DNA of 64,000 bases from the NCBI GenBank assembly GCA_965197645.1, contig OZ240219.1, positions 1,568,001-1,632,000 on the forward strand, written 5' to 3'. Below the pieces are notes generated by a model. The model saw only the letters and a program-made list of their open reading frames with translations, did no database searches and had not been told where the DNA came from. A program made the translations under genes and the position numbers. Below are positions 31,145-40,229 of the stretch, piece after piece; position 1 is the first letter of the stretch, and each line of letters starts with the position of its first letter. This DNA is from Dehalococcoidia bacterium (GTDB taxonomy: Bacteria; Chloroflexota; Dehalococcoidia; Plut-88900).

Positions 31145-32329
31145 ATGACCCTAGCAGCCGTCGGCCACTCCCACAAGCTGGGCTTGGAAGAGGCCGCTAG
31201 AGAAGCGTCCTTCATGGTGATGGAGAGGCTCGGTTCGTCCGATGTCGACTTCCTTCTATCCTTCGCCACCTCCGAGTACGCCCATCACTCCCCTCGGCTC
31301 TTCGACGAGCTGAAACAGCATACCGGCACGTCGGAAATCGTCGGGTGCAGCGCTATGACCGTCATATCCGAGCAAGGAGAGTTCGAGGACCGGCCGGGAC
31401 TTGTGGTCCTGGCTCTGTCCTCCGACGAGCTCCAGTTCTCACCCTTCATCTTCCAGAACGGTCCTTCATTAGCGGCAGACATCAACGGCATGCTGGCCAA
31501 CACCGACGGCGAGAGCCGAACCTCGCTGCTTCTCCTCCTGACCGATATCTTCGGCGTCCGCCCGCCCCAGATCATAAAGGAGTTGCGGCCGGAAGGAGCC
31601 TTCGTACCCATCGTCGGCGGAGCGGCTTCCGGCCACCCAGAGGACGAGTCCACCGTCCAGTGGTACTCGGAGCGCCATACCAATCAGGGTGTGTCAGGCG
31701 CTCTCATCTCGGGCAATCTCCGGTACAGCACTCACGTATCCCCGGGCTGCGAACCCATAGGCGAACCCTTCATCATCACGGCGGCGGAGGGCAAGACCAT
31801 CAGAGAGATAGGTAACCGGCCCGCCTACTCCATGCTCCAGGATGCCTTGAGCATATTCCCTAACGAGGAGATAGAGCGGGTCTCCAAGGGCATCCTCGCC
31901 GGCCTACTGTTCGATGAGCGCAAGTACCCGCCCCGGAGAGGCGATTACCTTACCAGAAGCATAGAGAGCGTCGATCCCTCGTCAGGGACGGTGACCATCG
32001 TCGAGGAGGTCAAGCCGGGCCAGACGATCCAGTTCCACGTGAGAAATCCTCTAACCGCTCGCACGGAACTGGAGGACAGCGTCAGGAAGGTCTCCTGGGA
32101 CTCGCAGCTGCAGACGCCCCTGTTCGCCCTTTACATGGAGAGCCTGGGAAGGGGTGGACGGGTGCACACGGAGCCGGACCACGACGTCAAAATCATTCGC
32201 GAGGGGTTGGGAGACGTCCCGATAATCGGGTTCCTTACCAACGCCGAGTTTGCTCCCCGGGGCAAGCTGAACCTGGTCCACAACTACAGCTCGGTGTTGA
32301 CCATCGTCTGCGACGCACCGAAGAAGTAG
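31145..32329 (+). CDS. FIST (FIST_N/FIST_C) sensory domain protein
   Basis: IVGCS, VGGAAS, SPGCEPIG, GQTIQFHVR, GRG, IGFLTNAEF, HNYSSV. Confidence 0.85.
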   Translation: MTLAAVGHSHKLGLEEAAREASFMVMERLGSSDVDFLLSFATSEYAHHSPRLFDELKQHTGTSEIVGCSAMTVISEQGEFEDRPGLVVLALSSDELQFSPFIFQNGPSLAADINGMLANTDGESRTSLLLLLTDIFGVRPPQIIKELRPEGAFVPIVGGAASGHPEDESTVQWYSERHTNQGVSGALISGNLRYSTHVSPGCEPIGEPFIITAAEGKTIREIGNRPAYSMLQDALSIFPNEEIERVSKGILAGLLFDERKYPPRRGDYLTRSIESVDPSSGTVTIVEEVKPGQTIQFHVRNPLTARTELEDSVRKVSWDSQLQTPLFALYMESLGRGGRVHTEPDHDVKIIREGLGDVPIIGFLTNAEFAPRGKLNLVHNYSSVLTIVCDAPKK

Positions 32330-32331
32330 AG

Positions 32332-33315
32332 CTAAAACAGAACGGTTAGCGCCTCGACGGACTCGCTGGCCGAGTGCCCGGTGGTTGGGCTGCCGCCCAC
32401 GATGAAGATCCGGGAATCTATCGCCGCCGCACCCAGATCGTGCCGGGGGCCTGTCAGGGAAGGTAGAACAGTCCACTCTCCGTTGGGGATGCTGTACCTT
32501 TCCATTGCGGCGAAGGTGTATTGCAGGTCCTCTCCGCCCACCACATAGATCTCTTGGCCGATGGCAATTGCAGCCGCTCCCGCCCTGGCGGTCGGCATGT
32601 CCGGGCCGGCTGTCCACGTGTTCTTGACCGGGTCGAGAATATCGAAATGGGGCAATCCCCCCGGGCCTTCCGCGCCTCTGCCCCCGGCAACGTATATCAG
32701 CGAATCCACCGTTACTGCAGCAACGTGGCTCCTTGGCGTCGGCAGCAACAGCCGTACAGTCCACCTGTCGCGGGCCGGCTCGTAGACGTCAGACCGGTCG
32801 AGGACGCCTTCCTCACTGATGCCTCCGAACACGTAGATGAACCCGTCCAGCACCGCAGCGGCCGCCGCGGCGCGGGCCATGGGCATCGTCCCTCGCAGCT
32901 CCCAGCTATCCGACGCAGGCGAGTAGACGTATATGCTGCTGGTGGGGTCTGAGCGACGGCCCACGAAGCCGCCTAGGACGTAGATCTCGCCCTCCAGGAC
33001 CGCTACCGCGGGGCGGTGAATCGGTTGGGGAAGGGGCGCCGCCATACTCCACTGGTCGGAGAAGGGGTCGTAGACCTCCACGGTGTCCAGCGCCTTGCCC
33101 AGTTGGTCCTGACCCCCGATGGCGTACACTTTGTTGTTGAGCACGGCGACGCCCAGCCCGGTTCGAGGTACTGACATAGGCGCCACGTCCAGCCAGTTGC
33201 CCACGGGCGCCGGGGTTGCCAACGGATCGGGCGTAGGGGTAGGAGTAACTACTACCGAGGTGCAAGCCAACACCGCGATTACCGCGAGCGGCAAGAGGAA
33301 CCATAGTTTTTGCAT
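32332..33315 (-). CDS. Kelch-repeat beta-propeller lipoprotein
   Basis: Lipobox VLAC, PT linker, six Y/FxxGG...W kelch repeats. Confidence 0.88.
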   Translation of the reverse strand: MQKLWFLLPLAVIAVLACTSVVVTPTPTPDPLATPAPVGNWLDVAPMSVPRTGLGVAVLNNKVYAIGGQDQLGKALDTVEVYDPFSDQWSMAAPLPQPIHRPAVAVLEGEIYVLGGFVGRRSDPTSSIYVYSPASDSWELRGTMPMARAAAAAAVLDGFIYVFGGISEEGVLDRSDVYEPARDRWTVRLLLPTPRSHVAAVTVDSLIYVAGGRGAEGPGGLPHFDILDPVKNTWTAGPDMPTARAGAAAIAIGQEIYVVGGEDLQYTFAAMERYSIPNGEWTVLPSLTGPRHDLGAAAIDSRIFIVGGSPTTGHSASESVEALTVLF

Positions 33316-33330
33316 ATATCTAGTCCAGGC

Positions 33331-33367
33331 AGAAAGAGAGGGCCTTGCCGGTCAAAGGCCCTTCTCC
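33331..33367 (-). terminator. Probable intrinsic terminator of the aor operon
   Basis: AGGGCCTT / AAGGCCCT stem followed on the minus strand by CTCTTTCT. Confidence 0.6.
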
Positions 33368-33425
33368 GAAATTCAAGTGGTTTATTGGTCTGGTCAAACT
33401 GTAGTCTGGCTCCGAGGAATGGGGA

Positions 33426-33680
33426 CTAACCACCGGCTAGGGGCGGAAATACCGCCACGACTTGCCCTTCCTCCAGCTTCTTGTTGGAGCGCCACCGCTC
33501 TTCGGGTGGACAGGTCTCGCCGTTTATGAGCGTCATTTGGGACATCTCAGCAGGGATGTCCAGCTTGTTCAGTAGATCGGTCAGCGTCGCTTCGTCATCC
33601 AATTCCACTACCCCCTTACCCGTCTTATTGCCGATCTTGGGTCTGAGGCTAGCGTACAACTTGACCTCTATAGTCTTCAT
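33426..33680 (-). CDS. MoaD/ThiS family sulfur carrier
   Basis: VKLYASLR, INGE, C-terminal FPPLAGG. Confidence 0.9.
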   Translation of the reverse strand: MKTIEVKLYASLRPKIGNKTGKGVVELDDEATLTDLLNKLDIPAEMSQMTLINGETCPPEERWRSNKKLEEGQVVAVFPPLAGG

Positions 33681-33738
33681 TTAAGCGAAGAGGTCCTTTC
33701 TATCGACTCATCTACATTCTACCAATAGTGGCGAGGAC

Positions 33739-35127
33739 CTATTCCGGCGCCTCTTGCACCAGTGTCTGGTGCCAGGGAGACCTCTGGGTGACGGGCTCGA
33801 TGGCCGGGAACCGGTAGCCCCGGCCTCCCGAATCGGCAGCCTCGCCGGTGAGAGTCGTGCTGAGAAGACCTTCGGCTACCTTGCAAGCTACGTAGGGCTT
33901 TCGTACGTCCAGCGGGCTGTTCTGCAGGTAGTCTTTCCACACTCCCAGCTTGGTGCCGGCCTGGATGAAACCCTTGACCATCCCCACGTCGTTGAGGGCG
34001 CCCACGTCGTTGGCCCTGCCCACCATAATGGCACCGACGATCTGGTCGTCCTTCCATGATAATCTGCGGTAGACGGACGTGAGATCGCTGGACACCGTGG
34101 TGGTATCCGCCTCGTTGCCCCAGTCTCCGAAGCTGGCCACCTGGAGCCCGACCACGTCCAGAACGTTCAGTCCCATGCTCCCCGCATACTCGATGCTCCG
34201 ACCTGCCATGTTGGCGCCCGCCACCCGCCCGTGCTCGAAGGCTGTGGGCTGTATGGCGTGGACCTCCTGGGCGCCGGTGCCGAGGACCGGGCCCTGGGCC
34301 ACGTCCCCGGCGGCGTAGACGTTGTCCACGTTGGTCTGCATCTTGTTGTTCACCAGGATGCCGTCGCCGGTGTTTATCCCTGCGCTGGCTGCGAAGTCCA
34401 TGTTGGGCCTTATGCCCGTGGCCATCACCACCGAATCGGCTTCCAGGCTTCGACCGTCCTGAAGGCTGAGGCTGAAGCGACCGTTGCCGGCGGATATCTC
34501 CGTTACGCTGGCGCCGGTAACGCTCTCGACCCCGTGGCGGCTCATCCAGCCCTCCACCACTCCCGCTCCATCGGCGCTTATCATCCGGGGAAGTATGTGG
34601 TCTTCCAGCTCGACGAAGGTCACCTTGTGCCTGGCGCCGTGGAGCCCGTCCAGAATGATGAGGCCGATGAATCCGGCGCCGACGATTGCCACGTCCCCGT
34701 TGGCCTTGGCGCCGGCCAAGAATCCCCGGGCATCCTCCAGGGTCCACATGTTCTGCACGCCTGAAAGGTCAGCGCCGGTTATGGGGGGCCTGGTAGCAGA
34801 GGACCCGGTGGCGATCAGCAGGTTGTCGTACTCCGCCGTCGAGCCGTCGTCCAGGGTCACGGAGTTGCCGCCCGTATCGATAGAGGCAACGCTCCGACCG
34901 AACCTGGTCTCGACGTTGAGCTTGGAGAAGTAGTCCGGGTTGCCGGTGAGCACCGACTTCTCTTCGATGTTGCCCGCCAGGAAATAGGGCAGGGCCATCC
35001 GAGAGTAGGCCGGCTCATCTCCGATTACGGTTATCTGGGCATCCGAGTCGTAGCGGCGTATAGTTTCGGCCGCTCTCACCCCGGCTGGGCCTGCGCCGGC
35101 TATTACATTTCTAGCTCCGTTTGCCAT
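33739..35127 (-). CDS. FAD/NAD pyridine nucleotide-disulfide family oxidoreductase (AorC-like)
   Basis: GAGPAG, YSRMALP, ATGS, GAGFIG, VYAAGD; within the aor operon. Confidence 0.88.
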   Translation of the reverse strand: MANGARNVIAGAGPAGVRAAETIRRYDSDAQITVIGDEPAYSRMALPYFLAGNIEEKSVLTGNPDYFSKLNVETRFGRSVASIDTGGNSVTLDDGSTAEYDNLLIATGSSATRPPITGADLSGVQNMWTLEDARGFLAGAKANGDVAIVGAGFIGLIILDGLHGARHKVTFVELEDHILPRMISADGAGVVEGWMSRHGVESVTGASVTEISAGNGRFSLSLQDGRSLEADSVVMATGIRPNMDFAASAGINTGDGILVNNKMQTNVDNVYAAGDVAQGPVLGTGAQEVHAIQPTAFEHGRVAGANMAGRSIEYAGSMGLNVLDVVGLQVASFGDWGNEADTTTVSSDLTSVYRRLSWKDDQIVGAIMVGRANDVGALNDVGMVKGFIQAGTKLGVWKDYLQNSPLDVRKPYVACKVAEGLLSTTLTGEAADSGGRGYRFPAIEPVTQRSPWHQTLVQEAPE

Positions 35128-35131
35128 GGCT

Positions 35132-35422
35132 CTACCCTCCTGGATATCCTCTCGCCCCGTGGTACAGAATAGTTATCCGGTCCTCCGGTTTAAGGTCGGT
35201 ATCGGTCCCGTTGATAAAATCGATGTTCTTGCCGTTTACCAGTATATAGATGTCTTCGCTCGGCTGACTGCCGTTCCCCTCGGTATAGACCAGGTCGGAA
35301 AGCTCTCCACCGAACTTGTCCGTTATCTCTTCCAGCGCCTGCCCAACCCCGGATGCCTCGATCTCATCTGTTGCCGTTCCGGTCACCGACCGGAGTTTAC
35401 CGAGAAATACGACCGTTGCCAT
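35132..35422 (-). CDS. MoaD/ThiS/SAMP-like ubiquitin-fold protein with extended C-terminus
   Basis: ILVNGKNI, DTDLKPED, ends HGARGYPGG. Confidence 0.82.
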   Translation of the reverse strand: MATVVFLGKLRSVTGTATDEIEASGVGQALEEITDKFGGELSDLVYTEGNGSQPSEDIYILVNGKNIDFINGTDTDLKPEDRITILYHGARGYPGG

Positions 35423-35447
35423 GGGGGCCGCCTACCCGAGGATGGTC

Positions 35448-37286
35448 CTATTCAATTCCCAACTCGACGAGCTTCGTGGTCAACGGTTCTCCGTCTTCGT
35501 TCCAGCCCCTCCGGCTGTAGTACTCGGGGAGCATCTGGTCCAGATGGCCCACTCTACCTTTGGCCGGCCCTTCGGGGACCGCCTCTTTGGTAATCCTATC
35601 GGGAAGGCTGTCATCGGCCTTGGTCAGGCCGGCTCTCAGATTATACATCCTCTCCAAGTTCCACACCCTCTCGCCTATGCGATGCATCTCTTCGATGGTG
35701 TAGGGTACGCCGGTTGCCGCAACCAACAGCTCCATGATGTCATCCAGTTCGTTGCCACCGCTGATGAACAGGCACAATCCGGTCGAATCGTGTATAGAGT
35801 TCTCGTTCTGCAGAGATATCACCAGCTCGGCCTTGCCATCGGGCGAAGCCGGGTCCAACTTGTAGGGCATGCCGAACAACTCCGAGCCGGGGGTGAAGGC
35901 CCTAAGGTGGTCTGCGCCCCGGTTGTTGGTGGCGTATCCCAGGCTCATGCCGTTGTAGGTCCGGGGGTCGTAGGCGGGGAACTCCTGGCCCTTGGCTCCC
36001 ATGTGGACATCCGGGTCGTCGAACTTCTCGCCCATCCGCTTGGAACCCTCAGCCAACTCGGTGCCGATGCCCTGCCGGTAGCAGGTCTGCTCCACCAGGG
36101 ATACCAGGGCTTCTCCACTGCCGAAGCTCAGCTCCATCCCGGCCTCTTCCTTCTTGATGTGCCCCTTTTCGTATAGCTCCATGGCCGCGGAGATGGTGGC
36201 GCCCATCGAAATGGTGTCCACTCCCAACTCGTTGCACAGCCAGGAGGCCTCTATCAGCGCATCCAGGTCACCGACGCCGCACTGGGCGCCCAGTGCCCAC
36301 GCCGTCTCGTATTCCGGCCCCTCGCCGGCCGCGTTCCAGTTGCGGGGATGGTTGGAGACCGTGAACTTGCCGGCTGCATCGCCGGAGAGATGAGACACCC
36401 TGCCGCAGGCTATCGTGCACCCGAAGCAGGCCTTGTTCCTGATCAGGCTGGTCGAGTTGAGGGCATCGACGTTGATGCTCTCCTCGTCCTCGAACATCGT
36501 CTGCTGATGATTCCGGGTTGGCAGGCCCCCGGTGGCGTTGATGGCGTCCATCATCCCCAGGGTGCCATTGGCTGCCATCCCCTCGATGGCGATGCTGTCC
36601 GCCAGCTTATTCTTCTGCTCCCACATCGCCTTCATCATGGCCTGAGGAGAGGAGACCGTCACTCCGCCGGTGCCCCGTACGGCGATGGCTTTGAGATTCT
36701 TGGAGCCCATCACTGCGCCTACGCCGGACCTGCCGGCGGCGCGATGGAGATCGTTCATTATGCATGCGTACCGCACCAGGTTTTCACCCGCCGGCCCTAT
36801 ACCGGCTATGGAGCAGTCCGGGACCCCCGTGTCTCTCCGTATCAGGTCCTCGGCGTCCCAGACTGTCCGGCCCCAGATGCCCGACGCCGAACGAAGCTCG
36901 ACGGTGTCATCGTATATCCATAGGTAGACCGGGTCGGCGGACTCGCCCTCCAGGATGATCATGTCGTATCCGGCGAACTTTAGCTCTGCGGCCCAATGAC
37001 CACCCGAGCTGGACCCGGTTATGGCTCCCGTGAGAGGGCCTTTCGTTACGGCCGAGTATCGGGACGAGGTGGATGCACCCGTCCCGGTCAGCGGGCCGGT
37101 GGCCATGACCAGCACGTTATCCGGGCTGAGCGGGTCGACGGAAGGGTCCATCTCCTCGAAGAGGTACTTGCCAGCCAGGCCCCGGGCGCCGACGTAGTCA
37201 CGGGCCCAGTCCATGTTCAGGTCTTCTTTCGTCGTTACGCCGTCGGTGAGGTTCACACGGACTATCTTGCCGGTCCATCCGTACAT
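35448..37286 (-). CDS. Tungsten aldehyde:ferredoxin oxidoreductase catalytic subunit (AorB-like, copy 2)
   Basis: ELKFAGYD, GAVMGSKNLKAI, CFGCTIAC, GPEYE, RGADH, DSTGLC. Confidence 0.93.
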   Translation of the reverse strand: MYGWTGKIVRVNLTDGVTTKEDLNMDWARDYVGARGLAGKYLFEEMDPSVDPLSPDNVLVMATGPLTGTGASTSSRYSAVTKGPLTGAITGSSSGGHWAAELKFAGYDMIILEGESADPVYLWIYDDTVELRSASGIWGRTVWDAEDLIRRDTGVPDCSIAGIGPAGENLVRYACIMNDLHRAAGRSGVGAVMGSKNLKAIAVRGTGGVTVSSPQAMMKAMWEQKNKLADSIAIEGMAANGTLGMMDAINATGGLPTRNHQQTMFEDEESINVDALNSTSLIRNKACFGCTIACGRVSHLSGDAAGKFTVSNHPRNWNAAGEGPEYETAWALGAQCGVGDLDALIEASWLCNELGVDTISMGATISAAMELYEKGHIKKEEAGMELSFGSGEALVSLVEQTCYRQGIGTELAEGSKRMGEKFDDPDVHMGAKGQEFPAYDPRTYNGMSLGYATNNRGADHLRAFTPGSELFGMPYKLDPASPDGKAELVISLQNENSIHDSTGLCLFISGGNELDDIMELLVAATGVPYTIEEMHRIGERVWNLERMYNLRAGLTKADDSLPDRITKEAVPEGPAKGRVGHLDQMLPEYYSRRGWNEDGEPLTTKLVELGIE

Positions 37287-37346
37287 GTAACCTCACTCTT
37301 CCTTACTGGTCTGCAAGCGGGACCGGTGGCCTTATGCCAGACCGGG

Positions 37347-37697
37347 TTAGAGGAGTACTACGTCCTCTCTCTGCACCCCTTCGGCGGCGACGGTTATGAG
37401 ACCGTTGCCGACAACGCTCTTGTCGACGCCCGTTTTCCAGGTACAACAGGCGATCAGGAGGTCTCCCGCTTCATAGGCAACGATCCCGGACAGGTCCATG
37501 AAGGTATCGCCGGACTGGCCCACCTCCTTCTTGAACCCCTCGAAGTAGTCTCGAAAACCCTCGCGGGATATCGAGCCTTTCTGGGGATCGTTGAACTGGA
37601 AACCGGGCGCAGTGGACTCCAAGAGCTTGTCAACGTTGCCCTCGGACCAGCCCTCGGCATAGAGGCCCAGGGACTGCTCTTTTGTCCGGTTGGCCAT
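37347..37697 (-). CDS. Small NTF2/SnoaL-like protein
   Basis: YAEGWSEGNVD...FNDP...ISREGFRDYF pattern of SnoaL folds; GGAG RBS; lies between the two aorB copies. Confidence 0.6.
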   Translation of the reverse strand: MANRTKEQSLGLYAEGWSEGNVDKLLESTAPGFQFNDPQKGSISREGFRDYFEGFKKEVGQSGDTFMDLSGIVAYEAGDLLIACCTWKTGVDKSVVGNGLITVAAEGVQREDVVLL

Positions 37698-37718
37698 CGA
37701 CTGCTCTCCCCTGCGGCC

Positions 37719-39560
37719 CTAGATTAATCTCAGCTCCTGAAGCTTGTCAGCCGAAGGCTCGCCGTCGGAGCTCCAGCCCCGGGCTTCATAGTACTCGGGG
37801 AGCATCTTGCCCAGCTCGCTGACCTGGCCCTGGGCCGGGCCTGAGGGTATGCCTTCGTTCAGGATCCTCTTGGGCAGTGTGTCCTGATCGCCGCCGATAC
37901 CGGCTTTGAGGTTGAACATCCTCTCCAGGTTGTAGATCCGTTCCCCTATCTGCATCAGGTCTTCCTGGGAGTAGTCGATGCCCGTAGTGGCTACTATCTC
38001 GGGGTGAATCTCGTCCAGACCGATGCCGAAGGTCAGGAACAGGCACAGCCCCGAGGCGTCGACCGTAGAGGTCAGGTCCTGGAATACCTTGGTCAGGCCG
38101 GCCTTGCCTTCCGTCGCCGCCGGTTCCACCTTTTCCGGAATGCCGAAGACCTCGGCGGCGATGGTGTAAGCCTTCAGATGGCAGGCGCCTCGGTTGGAGG
38201 TCGCATAACCGAGGCCGATGCCCTGGAAGGTCCGGCCGTCGTACGCTGCGAACTCCTGGCCCTTGACGCCCATGAACAGGTCCGGCTGCTCGAACTTTTC
38301 TGTGAGCCGCTTGCCGCCTTCGGCCAGCTCATCACCGAATCCCTCACGATAGGCGGTCTTCTCCGTCATCGCTACCAGGGCGTCGCCGCTGCCGAACTCC
38401 AGGGGCATCTCGGTCTGGTCGTTATCGACGATGCCCTTCTCGTACAGCTCCATTGCCGCAGCGAGCGTACCGCCCAGGGAGATCGGGTCCAGCCCGAGAT
38501 CGTTGCACAGCCAGTTGGCCTTGATGAGGGCATCCAGGTCTCCGACGCCGCAGTCGGCGCCCATGGCCCAGGCGGCCTCGTACTCAGGGCCCTCGCCGGC
38601 GATCTTCCAGTTGCGGGGATGGGTTGTTACTGTGTACTTCTCGGAGGCCTCACCGGGTAGGTGGGTCACTCTGCCGCAGGCGATGGTGCAGGCGAAGCAG
38701 GCCTTGGGGGCCAGCAACCGCTCATCGGTCATGGTCTCGCCGCTTATGCCCTCGGCCTCGTCGAACACGCTCTGCTGGTGATTGTTGGCCGGCAGCCCGC
38801 CGTGGGCGTTGATGACGTTGACCAGAACCGGCGTGCCGTAGACCCGCAGGCCCTCGCCGGTTACCGGGGACTCCTTCAGCTTCTTCTTAGCGTCCCACGT
38901 TGCCGCCATCATCGCTTCCGGCGATGCGATGTTAACGCTGCCGCTGCCTCGAACTGCGATGGCCTTGAGGTTCTTGGAGCCCATCACGGCCCCCACGCCG
39001 TTGCGACCGGCGGCCCGGTGCTTATCGTTCAGGATGGCGGCGAAGCGCACCAGGTTCTCGCCTCCGGGCCCGATGCACGCCACGACGGTTTTCGGCGTAC
39101 CCGATTCGGTCCTGATGGTCTCCTCGGTCTCCCACACGCCCTTACCCCACAGGTGATCGGCCGGGACGAGCTGCACTTCATCGTCGTATATCCACAGGTA
39201 CTGGGGAGAGCTGGCCCTGCCGGTGAGGATCACCATATCGTAGCCGGCGAACTTGAGCTCGGGACCCCAGTGCCCGCCGGAGTTGGAGGTGGTGATGGTG
39301 CCGGTCAACGGGCTCTTGGTGACTACCATGTATCGAGCGCCGCAGGAGGCGTTGGTGCCCGTCATGGGCCCCGTGGCGAATATCAGCTCGTTTTCCGGGC
39401 TCAGAGGTTCGACGGTGGGGTCCAGCTCTTCGGTAAGGTACTTGGCGCCCAGGCCCCGGCCCCCCACGTAGTCCCGTGCCCACTCTTGGTTTATGTCTTC
39501 CTTGACGATAGAACCGGCGGTCAGGTCAACTCTTAGTATTTTCCCAGCCCATCCATTCAT
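37719..39560 (-). CDS. Tungsten aldehyde:ferredoxin oxidoreductase catalytic subunit (AorB-like, copy 1)
   Basis: KSPLTG, ELKFAGYD, GAVMGSKNLKAI, CFACTIAC, GPEYE, DLGLD, RGACH, DASGLC. Confidence 0.93.
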   Translation of the reverse strand: MNGWAGKILRVDLTAGSIVKEDINQEWARDYVGGRGLGAKYLTEELDPTVEPLSPENELIFATGPMTGTNASCGARYMVVTKSPLTGTITTSNSGGHWGPELKFAGYDMVILTGRASSPQYLWIYDDEVQLVPADHLWGKGVWETEETIRTESGTPKTVVACIGPGGENLVRFAAILNDKHRAAGRNGVGAVMGSKNLKAIAVRGSGSVNIASPEAMMAATWDAKKKLKESPVTGEGLRVYGTPVLVNVINAHGGLPANNHQQSVFDEAEGISGETMTDERLLAPKACFACTIACGRVTHLPGEASEKYTVTTHPRNWKIAGEGPEYEAAWAMGADCGVGDLDALIKANWLCNDLGLDPISLGGTLAAAMELYEKGIVDNDQTEMPLEFGSGDALVAMTEKTAYREGFGDELAEGGKRLTEKFEQPDLFMGVKGQEFAAYDGRTFQGIGLGYATSNRGACHLKAYTIAAEVFGIPEKVEPAATEGKAGLTKVFQDLTSTVDASGLCLFLTFGIGLDEIHPEIVATTGIDYSQEDLMQIGERIYNLERMFNLKAGIGGDQDTLPKRILNEGIPSGPAQGQVSELGKMLPEYYEARGWSSDGEPSADKLQELRLI

Positions 39561-39612
39561 TTCCCCGGTCTCCCTTCTAATCTGCTGGATACTCGGTCTG
39601 TTTTGCCGGCGG

Positions 39613-40107
39613 TCATTCTCCGCCGACGGCCGTCATATAGCTTTGCTGGACCTTGTCGCCCCAGGCGCCGACCCAGGCCTCTTCATCTACCTCGCTGTAC
39701 TCGATGGCATTGGTGGGACAGGAGCGGGCGCAGGCCGGATCGCCGCCGCACAGATCGCACTTGACGGCCTTCTGGGTGTCCGGGTTGAGGAACACGGTGC
39801 CGAAGGGGCAGGCGATGACGCAGAGCTTGCAGCCCACGCATACGTCCTCGATGACTATCTTGGCCTGGGTAACCGGGTCGATATCGATGGCGTTGACCGG
39901 GCAGACCTGGAGGCACCAGGCCTCGTCGCACTGGAAACAGGTGTAGGGCCCGTAGCTGGACTGCTCGTCGAAAATGTGCACCCGGATCAGGGACTTGGAG
40001 GGTGCAAAGGTGCCGGTCTGCACCCACGAGCAGGCGAGCTCGCACTGCATGCAACCGGTACATTTATCAGGGTGGATATCCAGCATTTTGACTGTGCCGT
40101 TGGCCAT
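39613..40107 (-). CDS. 4x[4Fe-4S] electron-transfer subunit (AorA/DmsB-like)
   Basis: CTGCMQCELAC, CFQCDEAWCLQVCP, CVGCKLCVIACP, KCDLC...CARSCP. Confidence 0.92.
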   Translation of the reverse strand: MANGTVKMLDIHPDKCTGCMQCELACSWVQTGTFAPSKSLIRVHIFDEQSSYGPYTCFQCDEAWCLQVCPVNAIDIDPVTQAKIVIEDVCVGCKLCVIACPFGTVFLNPDTQKAVKCDLCGGDPACARSCPTNAIEYSEVDEEAWVGAWGDKVQQSYMTAVGGE

Positions 40108-40166
40108 TACAGCCTCCTCTTGGTTGGGGGTTGCCCCCGAGAACGACGCTACGCTGAGGGAACCCT

Positions 40167-40196
40167 AGAATACTGGCTGGAGCGCTGCTCTGTCAA
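40167..40196 (-). promoter_or_regulatory. sigma70-type promoter of the aor operon
   Basis: Minus strand TTGACA-N18-TATTCT, upstream of the GAGGAGG RBS of aorA. Confidence 0.65.
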
Positions 40197-40229
40197 CCTG
40201 AGCAGGTCTCCGCCCGGCTGTAGGTACCG

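Noticed and set aside
32332-33315. Periodic sequence in the kelch gene (and the PD40 gene at 52348-53364) as a DNA repeat array or CRISPR
   Set aside because: The periodicity reflects degenerate protein repeats; there are no identical direct repeats with spacers and no cas genes.
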